Origin: Azolla caroliniana
Taxonomy: Eukaryota; Plantae; Polypodiophyta
DNA: 64,000 nucleotides
Assembly: GCA_043228905.1 (NCBI GenBank)
Contig: JBHGNT010000005.1
Span: 12,276,001-12,340,000, forward strand
Direction: 5' to 3'
Part shown: in pieces, positions 26,196-37,565 of the stretch
Position numbering within the stretch: the stretch's first letter is position 1
Layout of the letters: the number at the start of each line of letters is the position of its first letter
Program-made: the position numbers and the translations under genes
The notes under the pieces: generated by a model
What the model saw: the letters and a program-made list of their open reading frames with translations, nothing else
Database searches by the model: none
Told to the model about the DNA's origin: nothing

Positions 26196-27191
26196 TCCAC
26201 TTGTAGAATCTTCTTAAAACGAAGAAAATAATTGGATGCACTAGTATCACATGTTCCTCAACTTGATAAGAATTTGCAAATATAAAAATACATGATAGAT
26301 CTACGAGTGGAGATCATTAGAAATCATGCAAGTTTAGACATGTTGATAAGTTAATGTAGGCATAATAAAGTTCAACTATGGCTCAATATGGCACTATTGT
26401 GCGACAAGGGAAACACTAACTTAAAGACTTATATTAATTAGGTAGGTTTTACAAAAATATGAGGTGTACTTGTATCCATACTAATAAAATGAGATATAAT
26501 TTATACTTTGACCCATACGTGCATGTATGTAATTGTGGAAAATGTAGGATAGTGCACATTAGGATAAGTGATTGGAATAACTAACTTATTAAAGTATTCA
26601 ATACTTATATTAAAAGTTGATCTAATCTATTCCTCAGTTTGTTCATATGGGATCAAACCAAATGTGTATATAATTGTGCACAATGTAAGGCAGTGAACTT
26701 TAGGATAATGTCGTGGAAATAAGAAACCTATTAGGCTTTCATACCTGTATTTAAAATTGATCTACTCTATTGCTTAGGTGATTCACACAAGATCAAACTC
26801 CGAACGATAACGCGACTGGAACCATTATCAACACACTACACAATCTAAGCAGCAATGGAATAGAAACATAATAGTTTTAACAATATAAGACAAAGATCCA
26901 TAATAACAACATGGACAGTCATGGCAACAATTATAGGGCCATGTTCTGTTAAGGTTAGCTTGGACCAAAATCAGCCTCCATTTAAGCTAGTTCATGTTTC
27001 TCCATAAGTTTGGTAGTCAACTATGCACGCGGTGAAACCAATATCATAAATCTACTAATCAAGTATATAAAAATAAAATTGAAACATATAGATGATTATA
27101 AAGAATAGAATCCACTAGGTAAAACCCAAAATTTGTATTAATAATGTGAAATCTTAACAAATCGTCAGTGTCATATTCTTTATAGAGTCTA

Positions 27192-30100
27192 TTACATAGC
27201 AATCAATTCATCAACGTCATTTTCTTCATCATCTTGTGTAGAACTGTCTTCGGCTATACGTGCATTGGTTTCCCCTGTTAGCCGAGCCAACGAAATATCT
27301 TCTATAAGCTCATCATCAAGCTCTATTAGCTCCCCCGGTTCGCCGGCTAACGGAGGAATAGGCTCTCGCGAAGCAGGTTGAAACCTTTCTGTATTGGCGA
27401 GGTTCTTTGCACCGACCTCCTCATCCTGGTCTGGGCACTCCCACAAAGCCTTAATCCGCATATTAATAAATATAACTTGGTCCTCGTCCTTCTCCAATGC
27501 AACTGTATTTCTAAACAGCTTCAATGCACATGCTGACGTAGTTCCTATGATGTAAGTAACAAGAAGATTTAGTTGTCAAACGAAAAAAAAGTGATTGGTT
27601 ATCTCAAGATCGTTACCCTAGTTCGAGGAATACCTGTGCCAGAAAAGAGATCTAATATCCAGTCTCCTTCTACAGAAAACATCTCAATCAAGCGCATCAT
27701 AAGTCGTTGAGGTTTTTGGTATGGGTTGACAAGTCCCCGTTCTGTCGTGGTGACATGTCGCAATTTCCGAGTCACTGCTGGATATACCAACAGATTTGAA
27801 CCTCCCACTTCATTAGAATGCTCTTTGATTCTCTGTTTTTTAATTTCATCGAAGTAGCCAACCGTTATGTACTCAATGGCATTAACGAACCGAAAAGTTG
27901 GCCCTCTATTTACATTGGTCTTGATCCTATAAAAAATAATTCATCGAGTTAAGAATAGATTCAACAACCTTAAGAATTGCAATATAATGAAAGACACCTA
28001 TAAATAATCCTTACCATGCAAGGTTCTCGATGCCATGGCAACGAGATCTCAAAGCTTGAGCTACCGAGTACCCTTGGTCCATACTATGAAAGACAACTAT
28101 TCGCCACAAGGATGCGGTCGTTAGCTTAGCGAAATCCTTGACCATCTTCTCCAATTGTTTAAACCTAAACGGTTCATCGTCGTATGATGACCCAGCCATT
28201 CGAAATCCGTAAGGAATATCCGCAATCATTAGCGTATATTCCTTCTTTGGCACCTTCTGGATCAAGTCGATGACATCACCGCAAACCACATTGTAGTAAA
28301 GATCTCTCGTAATATCTTTTTTGTGGCTAAAATTTTTAAACGAGCCATCTTCCTCCATTTCGTACGCCTTGACTAAGCGACGATCCTTTTCTTTTCTGGC
28401 TCGCTCGAGATGTGCAAGGAAGGATGTAGGGAAATCGTGTATATCCTTAACTTCTCCTTGTTTCTTGCCTCAACACGGTTTCTAATAGAAGCAATAGGAC
28501 ATCAGGTATTATTATACAAGCTCTACATATGATGAAAGGGTAATGAAAAAACATGAATACTAACCCAATCCTTGAATGCAATAAAATACTTTGATAACGC
28601 CTTATACGAAGACGTTAGAGGATAATCCTCGGTCACTTGTTCCCAAGTTATACATCCAAGTTGTTTCATCATAACTTCTTGGATCTTCATGTACACCTTA
28701 TGACTGTAAAATTAGAAATCAAGATTAGAACTTTGAATTACACCAGATAGACTACAATTTCAGTATTTGAAAGACTTACTTATTGAACTCAGTGACCATT
28801 TCTTCAAGGCTTAAATCTTTCGCCACAACCCTTGACAAAACCGACACAAGAAGCTGCTCGTCCTTAATACCTTGCATCGCTCTCCATAGAGACAGCTTCA
28901 TGTCGTCTGCCGCTTCTTCAATTGTCAAGTCAATTTTCTTGGCGGCTTGTGACTTTAATTCTAGTTGAGGGTCAACCCTACATTTCTTTTGTCGTTGACC
29001 CTTTACCTCCTCATTCTCCCACATTGAGAAGATTTGATCTTGGAGGTCCCATACTTCTCCATCTCTAAACGCCAATTGAAACCAAGACTCATACTTTCGA
29101 AGACCATCGGACCTAACATTATCATCTACCACAATGCCGACTTCATGCAAACATTGACGTCGAAGGCCTGGATGTAACTTCACACCAAACTTTTGTTTCA
29201 CATCTAAATACTCGTGGTGGAAGAACCGTATACGCTCAATAGACGACATTTTCTGCCTATAGTCATTATCATTATTATGGTCCCATGCCAATAGCTTAGC
29301 CTCTTCGGTTGTGAGCCCAACATAAATTTTGCACTCGGCATACTTGAAGAAGAAAGTGGTTGGATGTTCTCTCACAAGTTGCCGACGTGCCTCTGCTGAA
29401 TGCGATCCACCAATGACAAAATAATTATATTGATCATGCTTTCTGATATCAAAATCTTCAATGGTTTCACATTCTTCAGGATCCACCATAACAATAAAAG
29501 GCACCACAGTGGCATGAGGATTAATTTTCATTTTTTTCTTGAGATTTTGAACATGCATGCGATGAGGCTCTCTAATCTCAAGTGGTCTTCGACCTGTTTT
29601 TTCATCAATAGGGGGCCGATGGATGTGTGTTATAGGCAAATTAAATACTTGCCCTTTCCTGACCAGCTTCCGTTGCATTAACTCTCTCCTTATTTTATTC
29701 TGCTCGGATGACAAGACACCCGAGGCCAGCTCGGCACCTGGTGTCCCCTTATTATCCTCTTCTTCATTTTCACTTGTTGAATCCGTATCCGACATTTTTG
29801 TTGTCTTCTTCTTGGCTGGTCTTGACTGGACTTTGGATACCTTTTTTGTGGCCTTCAAGAGGGAGGGCTCTTCATCTCTTAAAGTTACATGGCCTTGTAT
29901 ATAAGGCCTCAAGGTAACAATCAGGTTTTGTGTGTTATCAAGTGCTTTTTTGAACACTTCAGGCCCACAAGATTCCTTTACTAAAAGGTCTTCTGAAAGG
30001 AACACTTTACGTACCCCCTTGGAGCACTCTATCATTACCAGTATGTTGGCCGAATCTGCATCTTCGTAGTCAAATCGTAGAATACGGCCATACATAAATG

Positions 30101-31017
30101 GGGTTTCTTTTCCAAGTTGCCCCTCACCCTTCTTCTTTGCTGTATACAATACGACTTTTTTCTTTGAGTCGACATATTGCATACACCATTCCTTGTCCGT
30201 TAGATCTCGGTCAGGAAGGTCTTCGCCTCCAGTAGCGGCGACAAGTTTCTTTTGGCTAACATCACTATGTGGCTGAGATTTTGTCTCTTCGTTAAAGAGA
30301 AGCTTTTTTCCTCTCTTCATGGTCTCAGGAGTTACCTTGGTCTGGGCTTCGATTGGAGAACCTTGTATGCGAAGCTTAATTTTCTTCACGGGTCGGTCCG
30401 ACAGGTTCTCAAACGACCTATTTAAGAAAGTATATGCAAAAACATAAGTTAGACAGTCACGTAGATTGAAGTTGTATATTATAATGAAGAACAGTTTCCA
30501 GGAGCAGTAACATATTCAAAAATCTATTATAGGCAGGGCTATTCAACCTAGAAAATATATATCGTAATAAGTAAAACGGGTTATATATTCTTTTAAATAG
30601 TAGGTATGACTTATATAGATTCTAAACCTATATTGAGGAGAATTTGCCATAGTGAAGGCAATTTGTAGATCATTTTCTACTATTTTAAGCTAAAGTAGGT
30701 CATAAAACACTTATAATTAGAGCATGTATTTCTTTAAAAGTAAGTAAAGTCAACATAAAAAAGATTGATTTTGCCAGACAATTTGATATCATTTCCACAC
30801 CATAAACGATTTTTCTCTCTCAAAGCCTTCTTATATACAGGGACTGGATACGGCGTATCGAGTTCCGGTTTAAAGTGTAGGTTTTAAACACGAACTCGAT
30901 ACGCCGTATCGAGTTCGTGCCGTATCGAGTTCTTGAGAAACGAAACATATTTACAAAAATGTCCACAGTGTAAGAGGCCTACCTGGAGTCCTCGCGCTCG
31001 ATTCTCTTTGAAGACAT
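27192..31017 (-). CDS. Six-exon gene: ParB/Srx-like domain fused to beta-class N4C/N6A DNA methyltransferase (~974 aa; one possible in-frame stop)
   Basis: Exons 31017-30983, 30417-28780, 28703-28565, 28481-28015, 27926-27634, 27544-27192. All five introns are GT..AG with matching phase; total 2925 nt. Motifs: YFVIGGSHSAEARRQL (ParB-like), VVCGDVIDLI, MIADIPY (motif IV), AWIKT..IEYI, NPYQKPQRLMMRLIEMFSVEGDWILDLFSGTGTT (X/I), VALEKD (II). TGA at 28472-28470 unless a downstream in-frame AG is used. Confidence 0.88.
30847..30932. repeat. Cluster of four CGTATCGAGTTC 12-mers forming nested inverted repeats in intron 1
   Basis: 31-bp palindrome CACGAACTCGATACG-C-CGTATCGAGTTCGTG at 30889-30919; 19-bp inverted pair 30847-30865 / 30892-30910. 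Confidence 0.9.
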
Positions 31018-31160
31018 GGTTGATCGTGTTGAAGTGGAGGCGGAGATCGCGCTTTCGTGCTTTGTGCTCTGAGTGCTTTGTGTGCTCTGTGTGCTCTCTG
31101 CGTTCTGTGTGCTCTGTACGCTCTGTACGCTCTGGTAAGTGAAATATGATGAGGTCGTCC

Positions 31161-31168
31161 TATTTATA
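31161..31168 (-). promoter_or_regulatory. Putative TATA box of the methyltransferase gene
   Basis: CCTATAAATAGG on the minus strand ~145 bp upstream of the ATG at 31017, followed by a CAGAGC-repeat leader. Confidence 0.6.
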
Positions 31169-31839
31169 GGGATTGAACCCATGGTTAAAGTAACCATAGT
31201 CACCTTAACCAATGTTGGTAATTTTGAGGATAGTTAGTTGGTAACCATAGTCACCTTAACTAGAGTAACTTATGATTGTATTAATGATTACAAAGTCAAA
31301 CTAACATATTGATCAATCTTTTATAGTCATAACAACCTACAATCACTTCAAAGGTTATGAAGGAGACAATGATAGAGGTTCATGAATGTACCAATGATTG
31401 ATTACTAAAAGCAACATTTTTTATGACTCTCAAATGTTATGTATTAAAGATGTGGGCATGAATTAACCAATGATTGATAAGTCTAATATTTAAAATGGTG
31501 AGCATTAAAGAACCAATGAGTGAGACGTTCTATATTAAAATGGGTGTCATTAATTAGCCAATGATTTTAACATTAATCCAACATATTCAAGGCTTGTTAA
31601 TGATTAGTTTTATATTTTACTTGATTTAACATCATTTAGATCTAGTTTATATAATGATTGATAATTTAAGTTAAATTACTTTATTAAAAATAATTTTTAG
31701 ATGTATTGTATTAATAGAATATTACATAATATAGACATTCTATTGATTTGGCTCTTGTTTAGAGAGAAGTTTATGTTTAGGGAGGAGTATATGGTTAGAG
31801 AGGAGTATAACTTAGAGAGCCCTATCTAGACCTTAAGCC

Positions 31840-34620
31840 ATGAGTGAAGATTCACCGTTCTCGATTGAAGAATATTGTTTGTCATCAGACCCATCGTTTT
31901 CTACCGAAGAGTATTGTTTGTCAACAGAGTCACCATATTCGATTGAAGAATATTGTCTTTCGACCGACTCACCATATTCTATCGAAGAATATTGTCTGAG
32001 CTCGTCTACAGGGAATGTAAATAATGACACATGTGAAGAGTTCTTTATTGAAGAATACGATATTAATAAAGATACCGAGAATGAAGGAAGTGCCCAGGAA
32101 ACATTGAATAACATTGGCGATGGTCAGAACAGAGAATTAGACTGTAACAAGGTTACACCAACCTCTATGCAGGAAGAGAAATCTGGGAGCCCTATGCATA
32201 TTAGAAGAATCCCACGAAGAATTCGTCTGGCTAGATTTAGCTTGGTGACATCAGATAAACAGATTGGATTTGATGTCAACAAAATATGTTGTGCCCGTGG
32301 TTGTATGTCTATGATTGGAAAATCAAAGTTGCGAGAATTAAGGCGATACTATTTTTCGATGACCGGTGATGAGCAAGACACTTACCTCGGATCACATATG
32401 CAACTAGTATCTGACAAATGTACGGGGATCAAAGTATCATTCGAGTATTATATCTTCCATGCGCAACAGATATGTAGAGTTGCATTCAAAATTGCGTTAT
32501 GTGTTAGTAACATGCGGCTACATAGAGTACAACAATGTCTACTTAGCGGGGATCAGATGCTCAATTGTAAAGAGGTTCCAAGTATGAAAGGTGCAATTGG
32601 AAGACTAGCTATTGGCTGGATGAAAACTTACTTTCAGTTAAATTGTGAAGTAATGCCCACAACAGGTAGGATGCATCTTTCTGATAATTATACCCGTCGG
32701 GAAGTTTATGATGTCTATCGATCTGAAATGCTGGGCTCACGTAATAAGTCTATCACCTATAGCCAATTCACAAGATTATGGAGAGCTCAGTTTTCAAATG
32801 TTATTATTCCTCGTAAAGTACGTATGGGGTATTGCTCCATTTGCGCAAATCTTAAAAGTTTGGCTAAAGGTGCAAAGACATCAATGGAAAAGGATACGAG
32901 TAAGAAGTTACTACAAGAGCATCGTGAGGCACAATCCTTAGAACGAAGGAAAGCGATGCATCATAGAGAGAAGTGTTTGAAGAGGCCTGAACAATACATG
33001 TGCTTAATGATAGATGGCATGGACCAGAAGAAGACATGATTGCCGCATATGGGGAGGCTCCCCAAAGATGTCAATGATGAGTGCCTTGTTCAAATGCACT
33101 TGGTGGGATGCTTGGCTTATAATAGGTCTGTTCGACCTCACGTCTTCATTACTTACCCCAATGTTCACAATGACCCTAACCTAACAGTTACAGTGATTCA
33201 CCGAGTTTTGATGTCTTGGGGACAACCTTTCCCCCCTGTTCTATACATTCAATTGGACAATACTGCTAGAGAGAACAAAAATTCAACTGTATTTGGCTAT
33301 CTAAGTATGTTGGTCAACCTAGAATTGTTTAGGAAAGTGAAAGTCAATTTCCTTTTGGTTGGCCACACACATGACCATATAGATCAGATGTTTAGCACAT
33401 TCTCTAGACAGTTGTCTCGGCATGATGCTTTCACTTTACCTAAACTATTTGATGTCATTTGTGATGCATATACACCACGCCCAAAAGTGTTACACTTGAA
33501 GGAGGTATATGACTTTAAGAGATATATATTAGATGGGTGTGGTGGGAATGTTAAAGTGCTTGCTCAGTTAAACAATATAAGTTTCAATCACATTTTTTTG
33601 ATAAAGAAAAATGGAATAAGTGGTTCTACACTTTTGTATGCTAAACAATATTCATCTTCTACAACATGGGAACCTGAAGGTGGTTGCCAGTTATTACTTT
33701 GTATGCCGAGTACAATTGTCCATGGAGCTAAGCAAATGCCAATTGAGAAGAAAGGACAGTTGCAGAGCGACTTGGTATCAGAACAAAAACGGTCATGGCT
33801 CCAAGCCTTAGAAGAAAAAAGAAAGCATATTGAGGCCACCAAGAAATATGCCGCACAACAAGACACGTCATGGTGGGATGTATTTTATAGTGATCAGAAA
33901 GAAATTATAGACAATTGTGTATCTGTTGATAATTGGAATTTGGAAACGCCATTCACATGGTCGCTGCAACATGATCGCGTAAATAGAAGTCCGGAGCGAC
34001 TAGTAAATGCGATTAATGACAGCTTGGTCCATCCACAACAAAGAGACATTTATGTGGGACCAAGGATGACCAAAGCAGCCGAAGCTAGATGGCAAGGAAA
34101 TTTGCAAGAGCTCACCGCGGGGATGTTGATTGCAACGCCGGCTGATGAGAACTCACATGGCCACCAATTTTGGGTTGGTAAAATTCTAGAAGTGCTAATG
34201 CATGAAATAGAAAACACGATCAAGTCTATAAATGTTCATTGGTACAACACTAGAAGTGCAAATGCTTTTACAGGTAAGTATACATTGGAGATGATTGAAT
34301 GCCAAACAAGAAGGGGAGGTAGGAAGAGGAAGCGAAACATTCGTAACACCTCGACCCTTGATATCTCTGATGTGGATATCATCGTGTACAACTTCACACT
34401 TACAAAAGCCGGACGATTAAGGAAGTCAACAATAGATATAATAAAAGAAAAATTACCAGGTCTACAAGGTGGCTCGAGTCAAAGGCAAACGAGATCTGCT
34501 ACATATAATCTAGAGTCAAACCATTTGGTTTATGACGAAGATAATGCACTGATTGGTACATCCGAGGATGATGAGGAGGAATCGTCATTGTATATTAGTT
34601 ATAGTAATGATTCTCCGTAA
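31840..34620 (+). pseudogene. DDD/E transposase, Sola-like, ~926 codons with one in-frame TGA (33037-33039)
   Basis: ORFs 31840-33039 and 33040-34620 are in the same frame. Motifs CCARGC, ICRVAF, FTRLW, CSIC, LMIDGMDQ, YIQLDNTARENKN, FLLVGHTHDHIDQMFS. Lies inside the TIRs. Superfamily inferred from the DN..NKN / GHT..D motifs and the 4-bp TSD. Confidence 0.85.
31843..32000 (+). repeat. 39-bp (13-aa) tandem repeat x4 at transposase N-terminus
   Basis: SEDSPFSIEEYCL / SSDPSFSTEEYCL / STESPYSIEEYCL / STDSPYSIEEYCL. Confidence 0.9.
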
Positions 34621-34942
34621 AGGAGTGATCATGAATGTATATTTGGCTATTAAGTGTAACTACATTCCGCTTGTAACAAATCGAGTAATATAAAATCATG
34701 TGTTTTGAATTCTTATGATTTCCCAAAAATCGTTTCTTATAAAATAACATTGGTTGTAAAGTTTGTGATATAAATTGAGAATGTATGTTTTTGAAATTCG
34801 TCTTTTTTTAGTTACTTCTAAATCACGAAAATAGTGGATTTTTAACCTTTTTCATAGTATGTTTGAACTTGTATGATACTGGTATCAATGTGTTTTGTAA
34901 AATCATTGAAAAAACCCTAAAATTTCCCTTATCCTTCCATTT

Positions 34943-34978
34943 ATGCGCGATCCTTCCACTTGTGAACGCGAACGTGTT
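34943..34978 (-). repeat. Right TIR
   Basis: ATGCGCGATCCTTCCACTTGTGAACGCGAACGTGTT, reverse complement of the left TIR with one mismatch. Confidence 0.96.
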
Positions 34979-37374
34979 GGATAATAATGGAAATTTTCGG
35001 GGAATATATCCCCGGTTTTATGCAGGTCTTCCTTGACGATTTCGCGGTCTACAGCCGGCACAGAGAGCATCTCGATCACCTCCGGCTGTGCTTGGAGAAG
35101 TGCCGCGAGTACTAGTTGAGTCTGAACCCGGCCAAGTGCGTCTTTGGAGTGGCAAGCGGCAACTTACTAGGGCACGTGGTGAGTAAGGAAGGAATCGCGG
35201 TGGATCCGGATAAAGTAAAGGCAATTCTCGAGGCACCAGCACCAAATAACGCAAAGGCTTTAAGCCGGTTCCTGGGCCAAATAAGGTGGCATAGCCGGAT
35301 GATACGGCACCTCGCAGACTTCGCTACACCATTGCATACCGCCGTACACAGGGTACCCTTCCTATGGGCGGAGACGGCGGAGGAAGCCTACCAAGCGTTG
35401 AAGGTTATGCTGTCGCAAGCTCCGGTGGTGCAATCGCCGGATTGGAGTAAAAGCTTTCACGTCTTCGTCGACGCGTCGGACGTAGCAATCGGTAGCGTTC
35501 TGATGCAACTCACGGAGCCGAAATGGTACCGACCGGTGTACTACGCAAGCCGGAAACTCTCAAAAGCCGAACGGAACTACTCTACAACGGAACGCGAGGC
35601 ATTAGGAATGGTGTATAGTGTCACAAAGTACAGGCACTATCTGCTCGGAAGGAAGTTTTCCTTCCATGTCGACCATTTGGCACTACTCTACCTGGTCTCG
35701 AAGGCATCCCTAACGGGAAAAATTGCACGATGGACATTGCTGTTACAGGAATTTGAATTTGACATTTTCCACCGACCCGGGGCGCAGCATGCGGTAGCGG
35801 ACTACCTAAGCAGACTCGAATCCAGAGAAGCAGGGGACGACGTCCAGGATGAGTTCCCCGATGCCGAGTTGTTCCAGATCACGACGAAACTAGCAACGGA
35901 TGCAACGGTAGCTGATGAAGACACGTGGATAATTGAGATGCATCAGTTCCTGAGCACCGGAGTACCCCCGGAGTACATGGACCGCGATGAAAGGAAAAGG
36001 GTAGCAATAAGAAGCAGACATTTCTGCTTGGTTGGAGACACCCTCTATCACAAGGGAGCAGATGGCATCTGGAGACAAGCAGTGCGGAGCGATGAGAAGG
36101 ATCTAATCCTCAGGGAAGCCCACTGTGGAATTGCCGACGGGCATTATGCCGGTGACGCAACCGCTCGGAAAATATGGCAGAGCGGACTGTGGTGGCCCAC
36201 CACCCTAAAAGATGTCGTGAAGTATAGCAGAGAATGCGATTTGTATCAATGATTGGGCCAAACCACGGAGCAGGCCCGAATGCCACACCACCCGGTCTTG
36301 CCATTGGAACCGTTTCAAAAGTGGGGTTTGGACTTTGTCAGTCCCTTCAAGCCACCAGCAATACGAACTGGAAATCGGTATGTCATAGTGGCAACCGACT
36401 ATTGCACCAAATGGGTAGAAGCAAAGGCCTTACGGGACAACACGGCCGCGTCCACGGCAAAGTTCCTGTACGAGTGCATATGGTGCCGGTATGGATGCCC
36501 GATCGAGCTTATAAGTGACCAAGGAGGACATTTTCTCAGGCAGGTAGTAGAAAGCCTGACGTCATTTTACGCGGTGGTACATAAAAGGAGTACTCCCTAC
36601 TACCCTCAAGCCAATGGACTAGCGAAATCAACGAACAAAACTCTGCAGAACATCCTACGAAAAATCGTCAACGAGAACCGGACCGACTGGGATACGAAAT
36701 TGCAAAGCGCGCTATGGGCGTACCGAACAACGTACAAAACCAGCATCCGGACAACCCCATTCCGACTAGCATTCGGTTTAGAAGCGGTCATGCCGGTAGA
36801 GTTCCAGATCCCCAGCTTACGGATCCAGGTAAAGGAGCGCTTAAGTGAGAAGGAGTCCGAACGAATCCGACTGGCGACGTTGTTGGAATTAGAAGAAAAC
36901 CGAATAGCCAGCTTACTACAACTTGAACTGGAGCAAAGGAGGAGAAAAGCTTTCGTAGACCGACACCGGCGTGGCAACGAAAAGGAGTTCGAAGTCGGGA
37001 AACCGGTGCTACTGTTCCAGACACGGATGGGGAACATGCCGGGAAAGTTGCGGTTTCGGTGGATTGGACCGTTCTGGATCACCAAGGAGTACAATGGGTC
37101 GTATCAGCTCGGCACGTTGTCTAGAGAAGTCATCGGTAAATGGGCAAATGGGTTTCGGCTAAAGCCGTATAAGGGAAATATGCCAGCCAACCCGTTCAAG
37201 CGAAACCCGGAAATCCGGCACGATGAGGAACCGACATCGACAGACGCTGCTGAAGATATCCGGACCGAGGAAGAACCGACACCGATACTGACAAAGACTA
37301 TCCCGGAAAACCGACAGAAGGATCCGGTATCAGCGCGAACCGACCCGAACAAATCGGGGGGGACCAGAAAATGA
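34979..37374 (+). pseudogene. Gypsy B pol, 3' part (RT C-half, RNase H, integrase)
   Basis: QVFLDDFAVY, FHVFVDASDVAIG, NYSTTEREAL, WGLDFV, LISDQG, YYPQANG, GPF. In-frame stops at 35113 and 36250. Confidence 0.93.
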
Positions 37375-37565
37375 CGAGATCCAAACAAACAAACAAACAA
37401 AAAAAAACAAATCATGGTAATGATGGGGAGATCACAAGAGGTGGGAGCGCCACCATGCAATGAAGAGGCGCCATGCAATAAAGGGGACGTGCGTGTACTT
37501 GCTATTTAAAGCATGGAACGTGGGCACCGACTCACACGCGGCAAGCAAGAAAGGACATACTAATT

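Larger units (their letters stand above)
26160..34978. mobile_element. TIR DNA transposon (8819 bp, Sola-like) carrying a transposase and a ParB-like/DNA amino-methyltransferase gene
   Basis: 36-bp TIRs with one mismatch; 4-bp TSD GGAT (26156-26159 / 34979-34982). Removing the element and one GGAT restores the RT frame TFQRIIMEIFGEYIPGFMQVFLDDFAVY. Confidence 0.96.

Noticed and set aside
33037-33039. Programmed readthrough or U-to-C editing of the transposase TGA
   Set aside because: No supporting signal seen; plant U-to-C editing is organellar. A point mutation is simpler.
26160-34978. Bacterial or phage contamination, or a restriction-modification locus
   Set aside because: The MTase gene has five spliceosomal introns, sits within TIRs with a TSD inside a plant retrotransposon, and has no nuclease partner.
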